Below are positions 22,471-35,400 of a stretch of 64,000 nucleotides of DNA, piece by piece (positions within the stretch are counted from its first letter, which is position 1; each line of letters opens with the position of its first letter). The stretch lies in NCBI GenBank assembly GCA_973895155.1, contig OZ316895.1, forward strand, positions 7,056,184 to 7,120,183, written 5' to 3'. Position numbers and translations under genes: made by a program. Below the pieces are notes generated by a model that saw only the letters and a program-made list of their open reading frames with translations, made no database searches and was not told where the DNA came from. The DNA comes from Marsupella aquatica. Taxonomy: Eukaryota > Plantae > Marchantiophyta.

Positions 22471-25400
22471 GCAGAATTCTTATTATTGAAAGGAAGATAA
22501 TATCATTCTGGCCTTGAGTTTTTTACTCAAATATGGAATAATCTTCTGACCTTAAGATATTTATTAGTGCTTGGCGCACTTCTTGCACAAACAGGTAGTG
22601 GGGAAGGCCTGTCCAACCAGCCAAGCCTGATCAGGGTCAAGTCAGGTTCAAGTTGGGGTCTGGTTAAGGTCAGGTCAAGAACAGCGGGTCCACAGAAAGG
22701 CAGGCAGACAGTTCGGCATGCACCCATAAGCAGTGTTTTACTAGAGTATCCCCTAACATAGATCTTTAACATTATTACCCCACAAACCAGACGTGGGTTC
22801 TGAACCCATGGTTCCTAGTCTTGGCTGCTTTGTGACTAGTTGACAGGCTAACCGTGCTGTCCTACTGGACCATGGTCTGCCTCCCTTCTACAGTACCATA
22901 TCCGGTAGCTGTATCAAGTAGCTCCCACCTCTGCCCTCTGCAATCCATTTTTATTGAGGGACAGGGGGTTGGGGAGGGAGCAGCTTATTGCCTCTGCTGG
23001 ACATTGTAGGGGAAGGTATAGTAGACCTCTGTCAAGTTTAACAGCCTGGTTAGCCTTGTGACCGATTAGAAGCCACAACCCCCATTGAACTTCTTACAAA
23101 ATGCCTAGACAGACCAGCGAATGTGGATGGATTGCAAAGAAAACTGTTTTTGGATGCAGATTGTTCCATCTGACCCAGAGCTGTACGGGGTACCCCAATT
23201 CACCTACAGTCTTCCCCAAACACAGCTCCATGGCGTTTGTGTCGAAAGATGGAAAATCTTGGCTCCGGTGACGAAAAACACAGTTGAACTTGAACACATT
23301 TTTAACACACTTTTAACGGAACGCTAGGGCTTTCCTCCTAGTCTCTCTTCTCGTTCTTTCCAAAATCTGGAGTTCATGCTTTTGATAATCTCTCAAGTCA
23401 TCGACACTCATGTGCTTGTATCCCATCTCATCGTCAATGAAGCGGACTTTGTCACGGACACGGAATTTTAAGGGTGAGGTTGCCTGCTCTAGTCCTGTAT
23501 TGGATTGGAATTTGCTACGAGAATGATGGGTAGCTTTAGCTTTGAAGCATACCTTCTTCCCTCTTCATCACATCCAGATCTGGACTGCTTGAGCATGAGC
23601 GACATTAATCGATTTACAGAGGGACCACTAGATCATTTCAAAGAGTTCGGACGTGCGTCGAGTTAAGGACGGTAAAGTTAGTGAATTCCCTTCAGAGAGG
23701 AGGAGCTCTTGTAAGAAGCATTGTCAAAAGCTTTCGCTGGTAGGATCGCTGAAGGTACCGTCTAGTTGTGAGGAGACTTTTCTCCAATTATTAAGCCAAT
23801 GCTGTTGCTGCCTCATGGTTTGCACGAAAGGTACTTTCTTAAGGACCACGTGTTTCCAGACACGGATTATCATTTCCGGCTTCTATGCATAATAGGTTAT
23901 CTTCGTAGTTTTGAAGGAGCTCGTTTCAGGTGCAGACTTTGTAAGAACTCCTCAGGCCGATGAGGTTATATTACTCTGACCTTACCTGTCGTTCTATTTG
24001 CTGTCCTTTAGAATTCTCTGAACGGTTTCCGCATTTGGGATGTTTTGGGCAAAATCAAAGAGCATGGGGCTAGGTTGTCCTTCGCTTTAACTTAGGTCGC
24101 TTGAGACAATCTGTTGACAAGGAAGCATCTTATCATCATCGACAACTTTGAACTTCGTTGCCACTTTGTCATCGTTGGACAATCTAAAGACAACAATTCT
24201 CACTTCCTTTGGGCACAAGACGAAAGACCTGATTTGCAGATGAAATTCATAGAACCCAGGAGGATAGAAGAGGGAAGAGCCCAGTCATAGATTCACAGGC
24301 GACATTATATAATAATTCAAAATTGAGTAAACCAATGGAAGCCGCTTGCTTTCGGAATGGGTTCTCAGCCTACCATCGTACTTCTGCCACTCGACCAGTC
24401 TTGAATGACTTGGAATTTTGGACTCGCCTTATTGACACCAGAGGCAAGGATGCCCAATGTCTATCACCATTTGCCTTTTGCTGTAAAATAGGATTTCTAA
24501 AATTTTGTCGATGCCAGCGACAGGTCCACGAACACCACTGGATGGTCGAGAATTGTCAATCATCTTTCCAATGAGTTGGGTCTCGCGCTTTGTTTCTACA
24601 CATTGTGCTCTGTCCAATCGCGTACGAGAAGCATCCTCCCTCTGTTCTCGTGTTGATCATTTCTCCCTGGGTTGTCGTATCATTTCTCACGCAGAGCACA
24701 AAAAAGCCTGGAGATCGCCGGTGCGTGCGAAGCAGTCTATTCGAGACAGTAGCTTTGAATATAAAATCTTGGCTGTGAATTTGTCTGTCCTGTCCTGAAA
24801 CTAGAGGACCTGAGACTTGTGGGAACTTTGAGCTCAAGAATTCCAATAGAATTTTAAGGGAAATCCAATGTGATGAACGTTTCGCCAGCCCTTGTCGATG
24901 ACCTTCGCCTTTAGCTGGCCGTCATCTGCATCAAGCCAACTCATTGCAATTGTCTATTTGAGGCAGCAAATTCTTCCTCAGGATCGTCGAGATTATCATA
25001 TAATGACATTCAGTTCTTTTCCTTGATGGATGAAATTTTACGCAGTCGAGCATGTGGCAGATGATAAGGTCCACACTGAATCCTAGATCTGTAGGATAAG
25101 GCTGAGGATGTAGTCATGCGGGGGATCGAAATATTAAGAGAGTCGATTAGTAATCTTTCGATCGGATAACAAGAGATCTTACATCTGGATTAAGTACTTT
25201 GCCTACCTACTCCCGGGCACAGCGTTGATTGGATTTTATGCAAAGCATATTAGGGGAGTTCAAGAACATCCCAGACACGGTCAGCGGCGGATCTCATCCT
25301 GGCGCTTTTTGAGGTTATGGGAAATATGAAAAATAATTTGGGGCTGTGCTCTGTTCGAAGGTTAAGAGCTTGTTCTCATCTGCGAGATTTCTCTGTCTTT

Positions 25401-27725
25401 GATCTGCTCGAATCACTCTCTCAACCTGTTCATTTCTCAAGCTCTCTGATTCACTTGTTTGCTTGTCTAATACAATTGCTCGGTCCTGAGCTCCAGGCCC
25501 CAACAGTTTTTCTCTGACTTCATTCTCAGTGGTATTGACAAATCACTTCATATTTCATAATCATCACTTGGATTACTTCCTGCGGTCCACTGACTACCAC
25601 ACTCATCACTCTTGAGCACTCATCATCACACTACTCCGGCTCATATTAGATTTCAGCGTTGAGGCCAGAAGGCTCTCGGTGATAATCATCAACTGCCCAC
25701 AACTGCGAATTGTATTTGACTTGGAATAGACTTGGTCACATACTCACTGTAGAAAGTGCACAATTACAAATTCATTAAAAATATACATCCTTTCTTAGAC
25801 AGGGTCGTTTTCCTCATAGCTACTACCGAATTTGGAAAGGGAAAATTGGGGGCAAAATTGAGCTTAGTTATTAGGGCTGATCAGACAAAAATGTCTCGCT
25901 CATTGATGCTTGCAAATAATAGAATATATTCTCTCCCAGATTGGTCGACGCGTTTCACTTCCTGTGCTCGTTACCCACGCTGGAAAAAATCAGAATGCAT
26001 TCCTCCCTGATTGATTGACCAGGGTTTGATCCATTTCCCTGTTTCTCTTTTCAAAAAGAGGGTCTTTGTCTTTGTCAAGATCCCGAGCAAAGTGAGAGCT
26101 CTCCACGGACAGTAATGTGGCTTGTCTTCGAGAGGAGAAAACAAAGGGTGACGAGGGAAATGACAAGGTGATAGGTAACCCAGGGCTAAGTACAATGTCC
26201 AAGTATTAATTATAAAGCATCAACTACTACAAGCTAGAGTTAGAGTCTAGGCTTGACTCTAGATGGAACTCCATGGCTCATGATGTGGATGAGAAAACTC
26301 ATCACATATGTCAAATGATAACCATACATGTCTTTTTTCATAATTTCTATTTATATTAAAAAATGAATTCTATGACCCCACCATAACATATATGCATAGA
26401 AAGAAGTATCTCCATAGAAAAGAGTATAATTATTAAAATGATGACATGCATGATGATTTTTTATCATTTTATTAACCTTCAAAAAATGTGAATAAAAAAT
26501 ATATTTTGGTGACATTTTCATTATTCTCCCCCATTTAAAAAAATAAACATGCTTTTGGTCATGAAATATCATTCCTACTTGCTACACTGAAACCCACCCA
26601 AATCACTTGGGGAATAGAAACTTGTGATCTTCTGACCATGCTTCTGAGGTTGTGGGTTACAAGGAACCCTTGTATTTGTTTTCTGGTCAGAAGAGACCTG
26701 GACATTCCAGGTTGCAAGGCAGTTCATAAGAGTAATCCATCGTATCAATTTTGTTTCAAGAATGTACACTAGACTTTGTCATCAAAGTCTGACTACCATT
26801 CACAACTTACACCCACTACAATGAAGCCTTGACATAACAGGAAATTTGGATATTTAGACTATGCTTGTAAGTAAGGATGGGCATAGAGAATCTGGGTGCC
26901 AGAGCCACTTGTGTGTTAGGCATTTAGTCTTAGGTTGAGAGTTACTTGTAACCCTGGTTGGTCTAACTTTAGTTAGATGCTTGGTTAAAGTTGGATGTGC
27001 TATTACTATACTCACTAGCAGGACTTTATTGGTGAGTAAAACTTAGGCTCACTAACTAAGTTAGGGAGTAAGTTGAGAGACAGGGAGGGTTTAGGATGTG
27101 GAGACTTGATATGATGGATAGGCTTAGAGTTTAGTAAAGTTTTATTGTCAGTGGGTTCTAATGGAAAGTCTATGTATATCTTGTGTCAACTACTTGTGTG
27201 TTTGATGTTGAGCATATGAGTAATGGTCGCTTGCTCAACCCTGTGTGCGCACTCATGGGTATGTTGTTTTTTCTGTCAAAATCTGCCTAGTCCAATTATG
27301 TTGCAAGGTTTAATATAGTGGCCTAGTCAAGAATGTTTGTTTTGAGAATACTTAAAATTCATGGGTATTTGAATGTTTTTCAGAAGATATCCGACCCACC
27401 TGTGTCACAAGGTTCATGGGAGTGGTCCATGCAAGAATCTGCATTTTGAGGATACCTAAACTTGGGCCAGTTGAAAGCCATAGCAAAACAAGGCAGATTT
27501 CACTAGGGGGTTTCACTTCCACAAAAATGGCATATCACGTGCGACGAAGGATAGGGTCATTTTATTGGTTGTAAGAGAAGACTTAAGAATTTTTGTAGAA
27601 GAACAATAAGGTCTTTTAAATTCAATTTTGAGACTTATAAGAACATTAGGGCCTTTTTAATCCAATTTTTGGAATATTCCAAGAATATTCCAACTTTGTA
27701 GGGGTTAAAAAATAATTTTTTTCTA

Positions 27726-27794
27726 ACATTTTAGGGGGTCCAAGGCCTAAAAACGTCGTAGGTGATGGGGAGGTCCCCATGTAGTGAAACCCCC
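27726..27794. repeat. Dispersed repeat, with an inverted copy at ~61041-61107
   Basis: acattttagggggtccaaggcctaaaa..gtaggtgatggggaggtccccatgtagtgaaaccc is the reverse complement of gggtctcactacatggagacctccccatcacctg..tttttggccttggggtccctaaaatgt. Confidence 0.75.
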
Positions 27795-29349
27795 GAGAGA
27801 TTTCAAAGCCATCAGGGTCCCAAGGAGCGCAGAAGGTGTCCAGCATGAGTGACCCCCGCACCAGGCTCCTGCAATGCCATCAGCAAGGGTTTATGGCAGG
27901 CAGGAAAGCCATCTGTTTCAAGGAACCCACCCTTGGGGGCCTCACTCCCAGGGGGTCCCATGTCAGGCACAACAGTTTTGGGTAATAACCACCCTACAAT
28001 AAATCTGAAAAGTTTTTAAATTTTATGTTTCAACCTTTAACTTTATGTAATATACTAAATTTGGTTTTAAACAACCTTACAGCTTTCATAATTTTCCTAA
28101 ACTATTTTTTATCACCAGATTTACTGTACTTAGATTGAAGGTCAATTGTCAAAGTTTGGTTAAACCCCAGTTAAACCACGCCTGCCCTCGCACCTGCCCT
28201 TCAAATGCTACCGGTTATCCATAGTCTCATTGCACACAATTCACATTCACAAAAATGGCAAATATAACCAAATTTATAAACTTGCTGCTCTCGTTGTCAA
28301 CTTATAGGCAAAGCACAGTGGTCAATCTACGGCTCAAAAAGTACTTCTCGGTGATATCTACATTCTTCAGAAAACAAATTCCAAAAATCGTTTACATTTA
28401 TGTATTGTTTGATAAGAAACAATCCCCACATTCTGATTTGTTGTAATGGCCGAGCACCAGAGCAAGAGAACTAGGCAATGAGGATATGTGAGGAGACCAG
28501 GCATGGGGCAGGCTGTTCACGGTGAACAGCCATGGGCAGTCGCCAAGGGGGGCAAGCCTTCTGGGATGGTTCATTTCATTAGCTCCCTCTCAATAAAGTA
28601 ATGGTTGGTTCACTGGTTGTGTCACTCCTTATGAATTGAGAGGTCTTGTGGTTAAACCACCACTGGCCATATAAAAGAAGAAGTGTCCAAGATTTATCTT
28701 TCTTTCCATTCTGCTCCTCTGCGGTGAGGCTTTGCTCCTCAATTTTCAGGGAAAAAATGCTAAAAATGGTGAAATCTGTGGAATTATGTTTTTGTCATGG
28801 CTAGTGGCTCTTTAAACCTAGGTGATGCGGTTGCGCGCATGTGCCTTTCTGTTTTTGGACAGACACTTGGTCAGGCAAGGAGGAAGAGTGGCAAGGAGGA
28901 GAGGAGTGGTGAGGGTGGCCAATGCATGATGCGGACTGGAGGCTGGGCAGGAAATGAACAATGCCCAAGCCAGGGAAATAATGCATGGTAGTTGCAGGGT
29001 AGGGGAAGTGGGCATTCTATAGTGGCAATTATGGTTTAATGGGGGTATGTTTGTAGATGGGACACTGCTAATGAAAGAATGCCACCTTGTGTGAGGGTTA
29101 TGATGCTAGGAATATTCCTCATCTAATTTTACTAGATTAATTTTTTATAGGGTCTGCGGCTAGGTGGGAAACTGGCCAATGGAAGAACTTTGGCAAATTT
29201 CAACCAAAAGTGGCAAAGACTTTTTAGGGTGATGGAATCTAGTGAATTTTGCCCATTGGGAAATAGCTGGTATTATCCTGTGTAATTTTAGAGGTTTTTT
29301 CCCAGTGTGGCAAATGTCACCTTGTCTGAAGAGAAGATAGTAGGACTTA

Positions 29350-29732
29350 AAGCATCCGCACCAGTTTCCAGGTGGGGTGCTGCCAAACTCAAAATTTGCC
29401 CAAAGGTTTTGGGCCTGCATCTGGGTTTAGGTCCCGTGCTCAAGTCGTGCTGCACCAGTGCCCGCTAAAGGAGGCCTGGAAATCTTCAAAGATGTGTTCG
29501 AACAGGCGAGACAGGTTTTGGATTGTAGATGGGTTTTCCAAGGACCACCAAACTTGGTTTTCAGACTGCCAAAGGGGGCCGATATAGCAGTCAGCAAACG
29601 AGTATAGCTTATGGCCTGAAAAGCGTTTAGCGATAGCAGCGACAAGTGCAACAGGGGAAAATTACCGGGACCTGGGAAAAGCAAGCATTTTAACAGCCTG
29701 ATGCCTTTTGGCAGGCACTGGTGCGGATGCTC
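29350..29732. mobile_element. Tourist-like (PIF/Harbinger) MITE, 383 bp
   Basis: TIRs (a)AGCATCCGCACCAGT and ACTGGTGCGGATGCT(c), flanked by TTA on both sides (29347-29349 and 29733-29735). A TTA TSD and GAGCATC-like TIR are typical of Tourist MITEs. Confidence 0.85.
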
Positions 29733-30827
29733 TTATGGTTCTTATCCAATTTTCTAGGTAGATTCTAGGTAATTGGGTGTGTGGCTTTGTGGAAAACTTG
29801 CTAGTGGAAGACAAGAGGAACATTGCTAGTTAACGTGAACAGTGGAGAAAACTTTTCAAGAAAGACTTTCAAAAGAGACAGATTTAACTAAATTTTTGTC
29901 ACTTAAAAAATGCTGGTTTTACCAGTGCAAATTTTAATTATTTATTAAGGGTTTTTCTTGTTCATCTGTGTAAGATGTTAGCTTGTGAAGGAGAAATTGT
30001 AGGATCATTCTTTATTTCATTTTTTTGTAGTTTAGTTTTTGACTGTCAGATCTCCCTAGATTTAAAGTTGGCCATTAGATTCTAGCTAATGGGGTATGTG
30101 GGACATTTGGACCAGTGGACCAAAGAAGAACTGCAGCCAAATTTGGTTGAAAGCCTGAAATCTTACTAACAATCGCAAACCTAAGTCACTTTCAAGGGTT
30201 AGGGCTTAGAGTGAAGTTTCTAGACTGTAACTCCAAATAAGGACAAAATTGGACTCTTAATGAGGACAAAGTGAGGTTGTACAAAAAATGAAGATGAGGA
30301 ATGTATAGTCCCGAGATAACATTAAATTCTTGTTTTTGCAAGATTTTTGTTGGTCTTGATCTCTATTGGCAATCAGGCTACCCTAGTCCAGCAAATTCCT
30401 GCCACAAAAAGCATTAGCCAAATATATATATCGACAACTATAATACCCAATCCCGCCAAATTTAGTCCATTGTCATCCGCTTAAAAGAACCAGTTCTGGG
30501 CGAGAATGATCAACAGCCATTGGATTGTTTTGCATTTTTTCCCTAACCGTTCAATGCAAAAAGGGGACCCTTGAAACCAAAAGGGGCGAGGTAGGAATAC
30601 TCTATCCTCACATAAGGCCTGAGGCATGGGTACAACTGCCCACTACTCCCTCCCTCATAATTGACATACACCATGCTGCCCAGTGCCCCAGGAGTGGAGC
30701 CGGTACGCAACTTGACCAGTGCCCACGATTCCTGCCAGGCTTTCGTTTTCTCATTCACCCACTATTGTGCAACGCACAGGCATGGCACTGGTCCAACACA
30801 ATTTTTGAAGTTTACTCCTTCTTTCCC

Positions 30828-31299
30828 GTGTCTCTATTGTCCATGTGTGACAGAGAAGATGTTAGAAATAGTCCATATTCAATTTTACTAGATGAAGTTT
30901 TGACCGTCAGATCTCCTTAGCATGCCGCCAGGCTCACATCCGGTTAAAGGACGACAAAAAAAAACTAGCTAATTTTCGCCCAAACTTTAGAACTTTAGAC
31001 CTTTCAGCCAATTTTCGCCACTATTATTAAACGCTGGCCGTATCTCCCTTTTTTTCCCAGTGTCTCAATAGTCCATGTGTGACAGAGAAGATGTCAGAAA
31101 TAGTCCTTCTTCAATTTTCCTAGGTGAAGCTTCGACCGTCCGATCTCCTTAACATGCCGCCAGGTTCCCATCCGGTTAACGGACGACAAAAAGAAACTCG
31201 CTAATTTTCGCCCAAAGTGGAGAACTTCAGACCTTTAGACCTTTAGACCTTTCAGCCAATTTTCGCCACTATTATTAAACGCTGGCCGTATCTCCCTTT
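30828..31299 (+). repeat. Tandem duplication of ~232 bp directly upstream of the PHD gene 5' UTR
   Basis: Unit 1 (~30828-31052) and unit 2 (~31060-31299) share gtccatgtgtgacagagaagatg...gacctttcagccaattttcgccactattattaaacgctggccgtatctcccttt. A CT-rich leader follows. Confidence 0.9.
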
Positions 31300-32478
31300 C
31301 TCACTCCCTTCCCTTTCCGTCGCGTCCCTTTCTTCGGAAGCCCTCGCCTCGCGTGCGGACTCTCTCTCTCTATCTCTCTCGCTTGGTTTGTTGGGTTGGT
31401 GGTGGTGTCCATAGCCCTCTCTCTGCGCTACTCTTCTCCGTCGTGATCGAAGCAATCTTCCTTATTGAAGACGTGTTGGGCGTGAATTGCCTCTCTGCCC
31501 CACTCCTTCGAACAACGTTGGTGTGGCTTTTGAGCGCGGGTCTCGGTTGACGACCACGACGACGAGCACTGCGCTGGTTTCGTCTTCCGAGGTGGTGCGG
31601 GGAGTGCGCGTAGACTCGACGATTTGTCGATCGATCACGGGCTTGTTGTGTTGCTGTGCAGGACGACGAACGCAGTCGCGGCGGTGGAGGGACAGGAAAG
31701 AAAAGAGTTCTTTTGATGCGCACGTGGAAGGAGGGCTGAAAAGGTTTCTTTTCGCGGAAGTTTGGTGTGCTGCAGACGCCGAAGGTTGCACGGCGGTGTG
31801 AATGGTGGAGACGGATGGGGAGGGAAAGGGAGGAGGGGCGGAGTGGGGAGCGACCGGGAGATGAGAGCTACAGGGGGGCTGTGTTGTGGAGAAGATGCAG
31901 AGGAGATGGTGGTGACGATGGTACTTTTGTGTTGTGTTGAATAGGTTTTGGGTAGTGCGCTGAAGGACAAGCAGCGGTCAAGAGGCGGGGCCAGGAGGAG
32001 GGGGTTCTTTTGAGTACTTCACCCGGAAGAAGCCGATGATCGAGAAAGAGGCGAGTGGAGAACAGAGTTTAAGGGAGGGAAGAGTGGATATTGTAGGGTT
32101 TCAGCATACAGGAGCATGGCGGTGAAGAGATGATGCGAGGCGGGGAGTTTTTTGGGCAGGATAGGAATGAACCAGTCTTGGTTGGTGTGGAGAAAGGGGG
32201 CACGGCATGGTAGATGTTGGTTTTAGTGAAAGGTTGTGGGAAGGCAAGCTACTAAGAGGGTTCGTGACTTGCCATCGCGGGACGAGAAGTGTGTCGTGGT
32301 TTTATTGCTGATTTAGAAGTGGACCGCACCTGGATTTCGGTTCAAGCTCTTTGGATTGACGTATCGCCGGATCGTAGTGATGTTTCCTTGGTTTGACGAT
32401 TGCTCGAGTGGGGTTTGTGGTCCGACCGCCGCTAGGAAGTGAAGGAGTGGCAGACTCCTTGGACTCTGGTGAGGCGAA

Positions 32479-35400
32479 ATGATCTCTGTGAAGAGACTCG
32501 CCGACGCCAGCGGGAAGCAGTTCTATTCGGTAGAATCTCGTCTGCCGGACGGGACTCTTCAGTGCGTAACCAGATCACATAAGTTTAAGTGCAACACCCG
32601 AGGCTTCGAAGATAAGGATACTCGGTCAAGGGCTCTTAGATTCGCCATCACTACGGACACATTACCTGCTTTTCGAGCGTTTGTATTCAGCGAAGTGGCG
32701 GATGGGCCTGCGACCGGGAGGAACGAGGGATCAAGGCCAGTGTCAGGATCGAACGCGCATCCGCCTGTAGGCTCGTCTCAGGATGGTGTGACGCGGAGGA
32801 TCAGGTCTTATGTGTGTCTGCGGCAGAATCGATTAACAGGATTACGGTTCGTGGTGGCTATGTCTCGGCTCGACTGCGGGCGTTTGCGAGCGATTTCGTT
32901 CCAGGACCATAGCTTAGTCGGGACAGGTAATTCGGAGGAGGCCTTGAACAAGGCGGTGCGGTTTCTGCGGGGCGTGGCCTTTGAGAGTTGGCGGAAGCAA
33001 ACGATGAATGAGTTGACGAGCAGGGATCGAGAAGGGGTCGGCAACAGGAGGGAGCGAGCGTTGAAGCACGTAAGTGCCTTCGTCGAGATAGAAGCTGGAG
33101 AAAAGGTAGACTGTGCGTGTGGCAAAAACCGCAGTCGGGGCCTGATGGTGGCGTGTGAGCGGTGCGGGGCTTGGGAACACGCGGAATGCCAGGGCTTCCG
33201 TTCCGACAAGCAGGTGTTATTCCTACCCCGGTGCCTCGTTACTGATTGTTATCTTCTTCGCTACTTTTGCCGGCGACCCCTGTGTCGGATATTATAACGG
33301 TGCCGGATGTCTGGCGGATCCTTGATGAGCATCGGTACGAGCATGGCAAGAGCTTGCCGAGGCGGCCATGCTCTTGCTCGATGTGGTTATTTTACCGCCG
33401 CAATTACTAATCCGGCATGTTGTTTCTCTACCGCGCAGATGTTTTGTCGAGTCGGATTGCTATGTTGACATCATGATCTTGCAGGAAGAGAATTGTCGTG
33501 TCATTGTTTCAACCTCGCATCCATCCATACTTGAAAAACGCTTTTGTTTGTCATCATCAGCGTTTTAAGCGAGTAAAAAAGGGTCTTGTGCGGATGATGA
33601 AAGATTGCATGCAGAGCTTATTGAGGGTAGAACGTACGTGGATGGCAAAGAGTTGTTCGTTGGTGTTTAAGTGGCAGGGGTATGCTGATTCTGCTTCTGC
33701 ACCGTCCGCCTCAGGAGTTTTGACGCTTGGTCACAAACGACTTGCGATAGTTAGACAGGATCTGAAGGATATTTCTCGGAACGGAAAGGATCGGAAGGAA
33801 CGCTTGTTTGGATTAAAAGCGCAGGTGTCTTGGGTTGGTTGGTTGTTTGGGCGAAATGGATAAAGCAGCAAGGATGAGAGGAGTACAGATTAAAAGCAGA
33901 TGATGAGGTTGTGAAGTGTGTGGGTGGGTTGCTGATGAAAGGCATGGCATGCAAGCTCAAACGTTTGTGTTTCTATCTTGCAGATACCTGCGGAGTACAT
34001 ATGCTCGGCATGTATGAGGGCGGAAAGGGAGGATGTGGTTGTCATCAGGTTGGAGGAACAGGTTAGTCTCAGGAATCTACGACAGCTTCAGACTTGAAGC
34101 GCGGTCTTGTTTAAACAGGGAATTACTGGAATCAATCTCAAAGGATTACAGGGACAGGATATGATGCCATACCTATGGTCTGCTATGGACTCTTAAAGTA
34201 GAAGAGCTTGTTTTCCACAAAGGAGCTGGATAAATGAAGGATTACATACTAGAGTTGTAAACAATGACGAGGTGGAGAAAGGAGTGTCCCTATTTTGTCT
34301 TTTGCTTGGCTTTAGAACAGGGAAAATGTCAGACTGAGGATATGATGCAGAAATGGATTACTGCTTTGGGCCTTTAAGGCAGGGAAGCTCTAGCCGTCGT
34401 TTGTAACCTATCCGTCCTCAGCCACCTCTTGGTCTAGGCTGCAGCGACAGATACTGTATGGTGCCATCCTACTGGCTTGGAGTCAAAAGGAGTTGCATAG
34501 ACCTTTATAAGGAAGAAAACCCGGCAGCCTCAAGGTAATGGCCTCCAGATGCAGTCACTGGCGGGCTATTATCTGCTTGTGGCAAAAGCTTCGTAGCTAA
34601 TGTGAGTGCAAGCAGTAGTAGGGTTCGAGGATGCTATGCTCGCAGCTGTCAAGACTAGTTCTGAGTGTTTTTCTGGTCTTCTTGTGCTCAGGGAGAATGC
34701 GGAAACTTGCAACTAGAAGATCTCTGGACAGATGCCAAAATACGAGACAGGGAAGCAGACGATGGTGTATGCTGTGTTTGTGGGTGCGAAGACAATCAAG
34801 ACTTCGAGAACATGGTATGGCCTGCTATAGAGAAGCTGTAACCCGCAAGTCAGGAGTGACAAGGCCATGCTCTTACTTCCATTTGGGGATGCATTTTGTC
34901 AAACTTTAGTATTTATACTCAGTAGTGTATCCGTTACTCAGGTTTGACTTGTGATGTGATGGTACAGATCCCCCCTGTTAACGAGCATGAATGTGATGGG
35001 GGTACCGCGTTGGCACATCCAAGTTGTATATCAGCTGCACACCAGATGTCTCACAAAGCTTGGAATGGGAAAGCAACGGCAGCTGGCATGTGTCAATTAT
35101 GTGGGGATCGGTTTATGAAATCTCCCAGGGCAAACGAAGAGGTTTATTCCCATACGAGCTCCGGAGTTTCGCAGGCTAAACCAAAGAAAGGTTCCCTTTC
35201 TCCAAATCAATCTCACACTCGAAATTCAAGAAGAGCTGGTAAAGTGGATCAGTCAGTAAGAGGAGCAAAGAGATTGCGGAGCGCTTTGACTAATGGAGGT
35301 GTTGTTCCGAAACAAGATGTCGTAGACAAGCGCCCTGCAAAGAGTGTAAAGGAGGAGGACTGTGAGGTTCAGGCAACTCAAAGTGGCGAGAAGACGGATT

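Noticed and set aside
31252-32470. Several overlapping GC-rich ORFs
   Set aside because: CT/GA-rich leader typical of a long 5' UTR; no protein-like signal.
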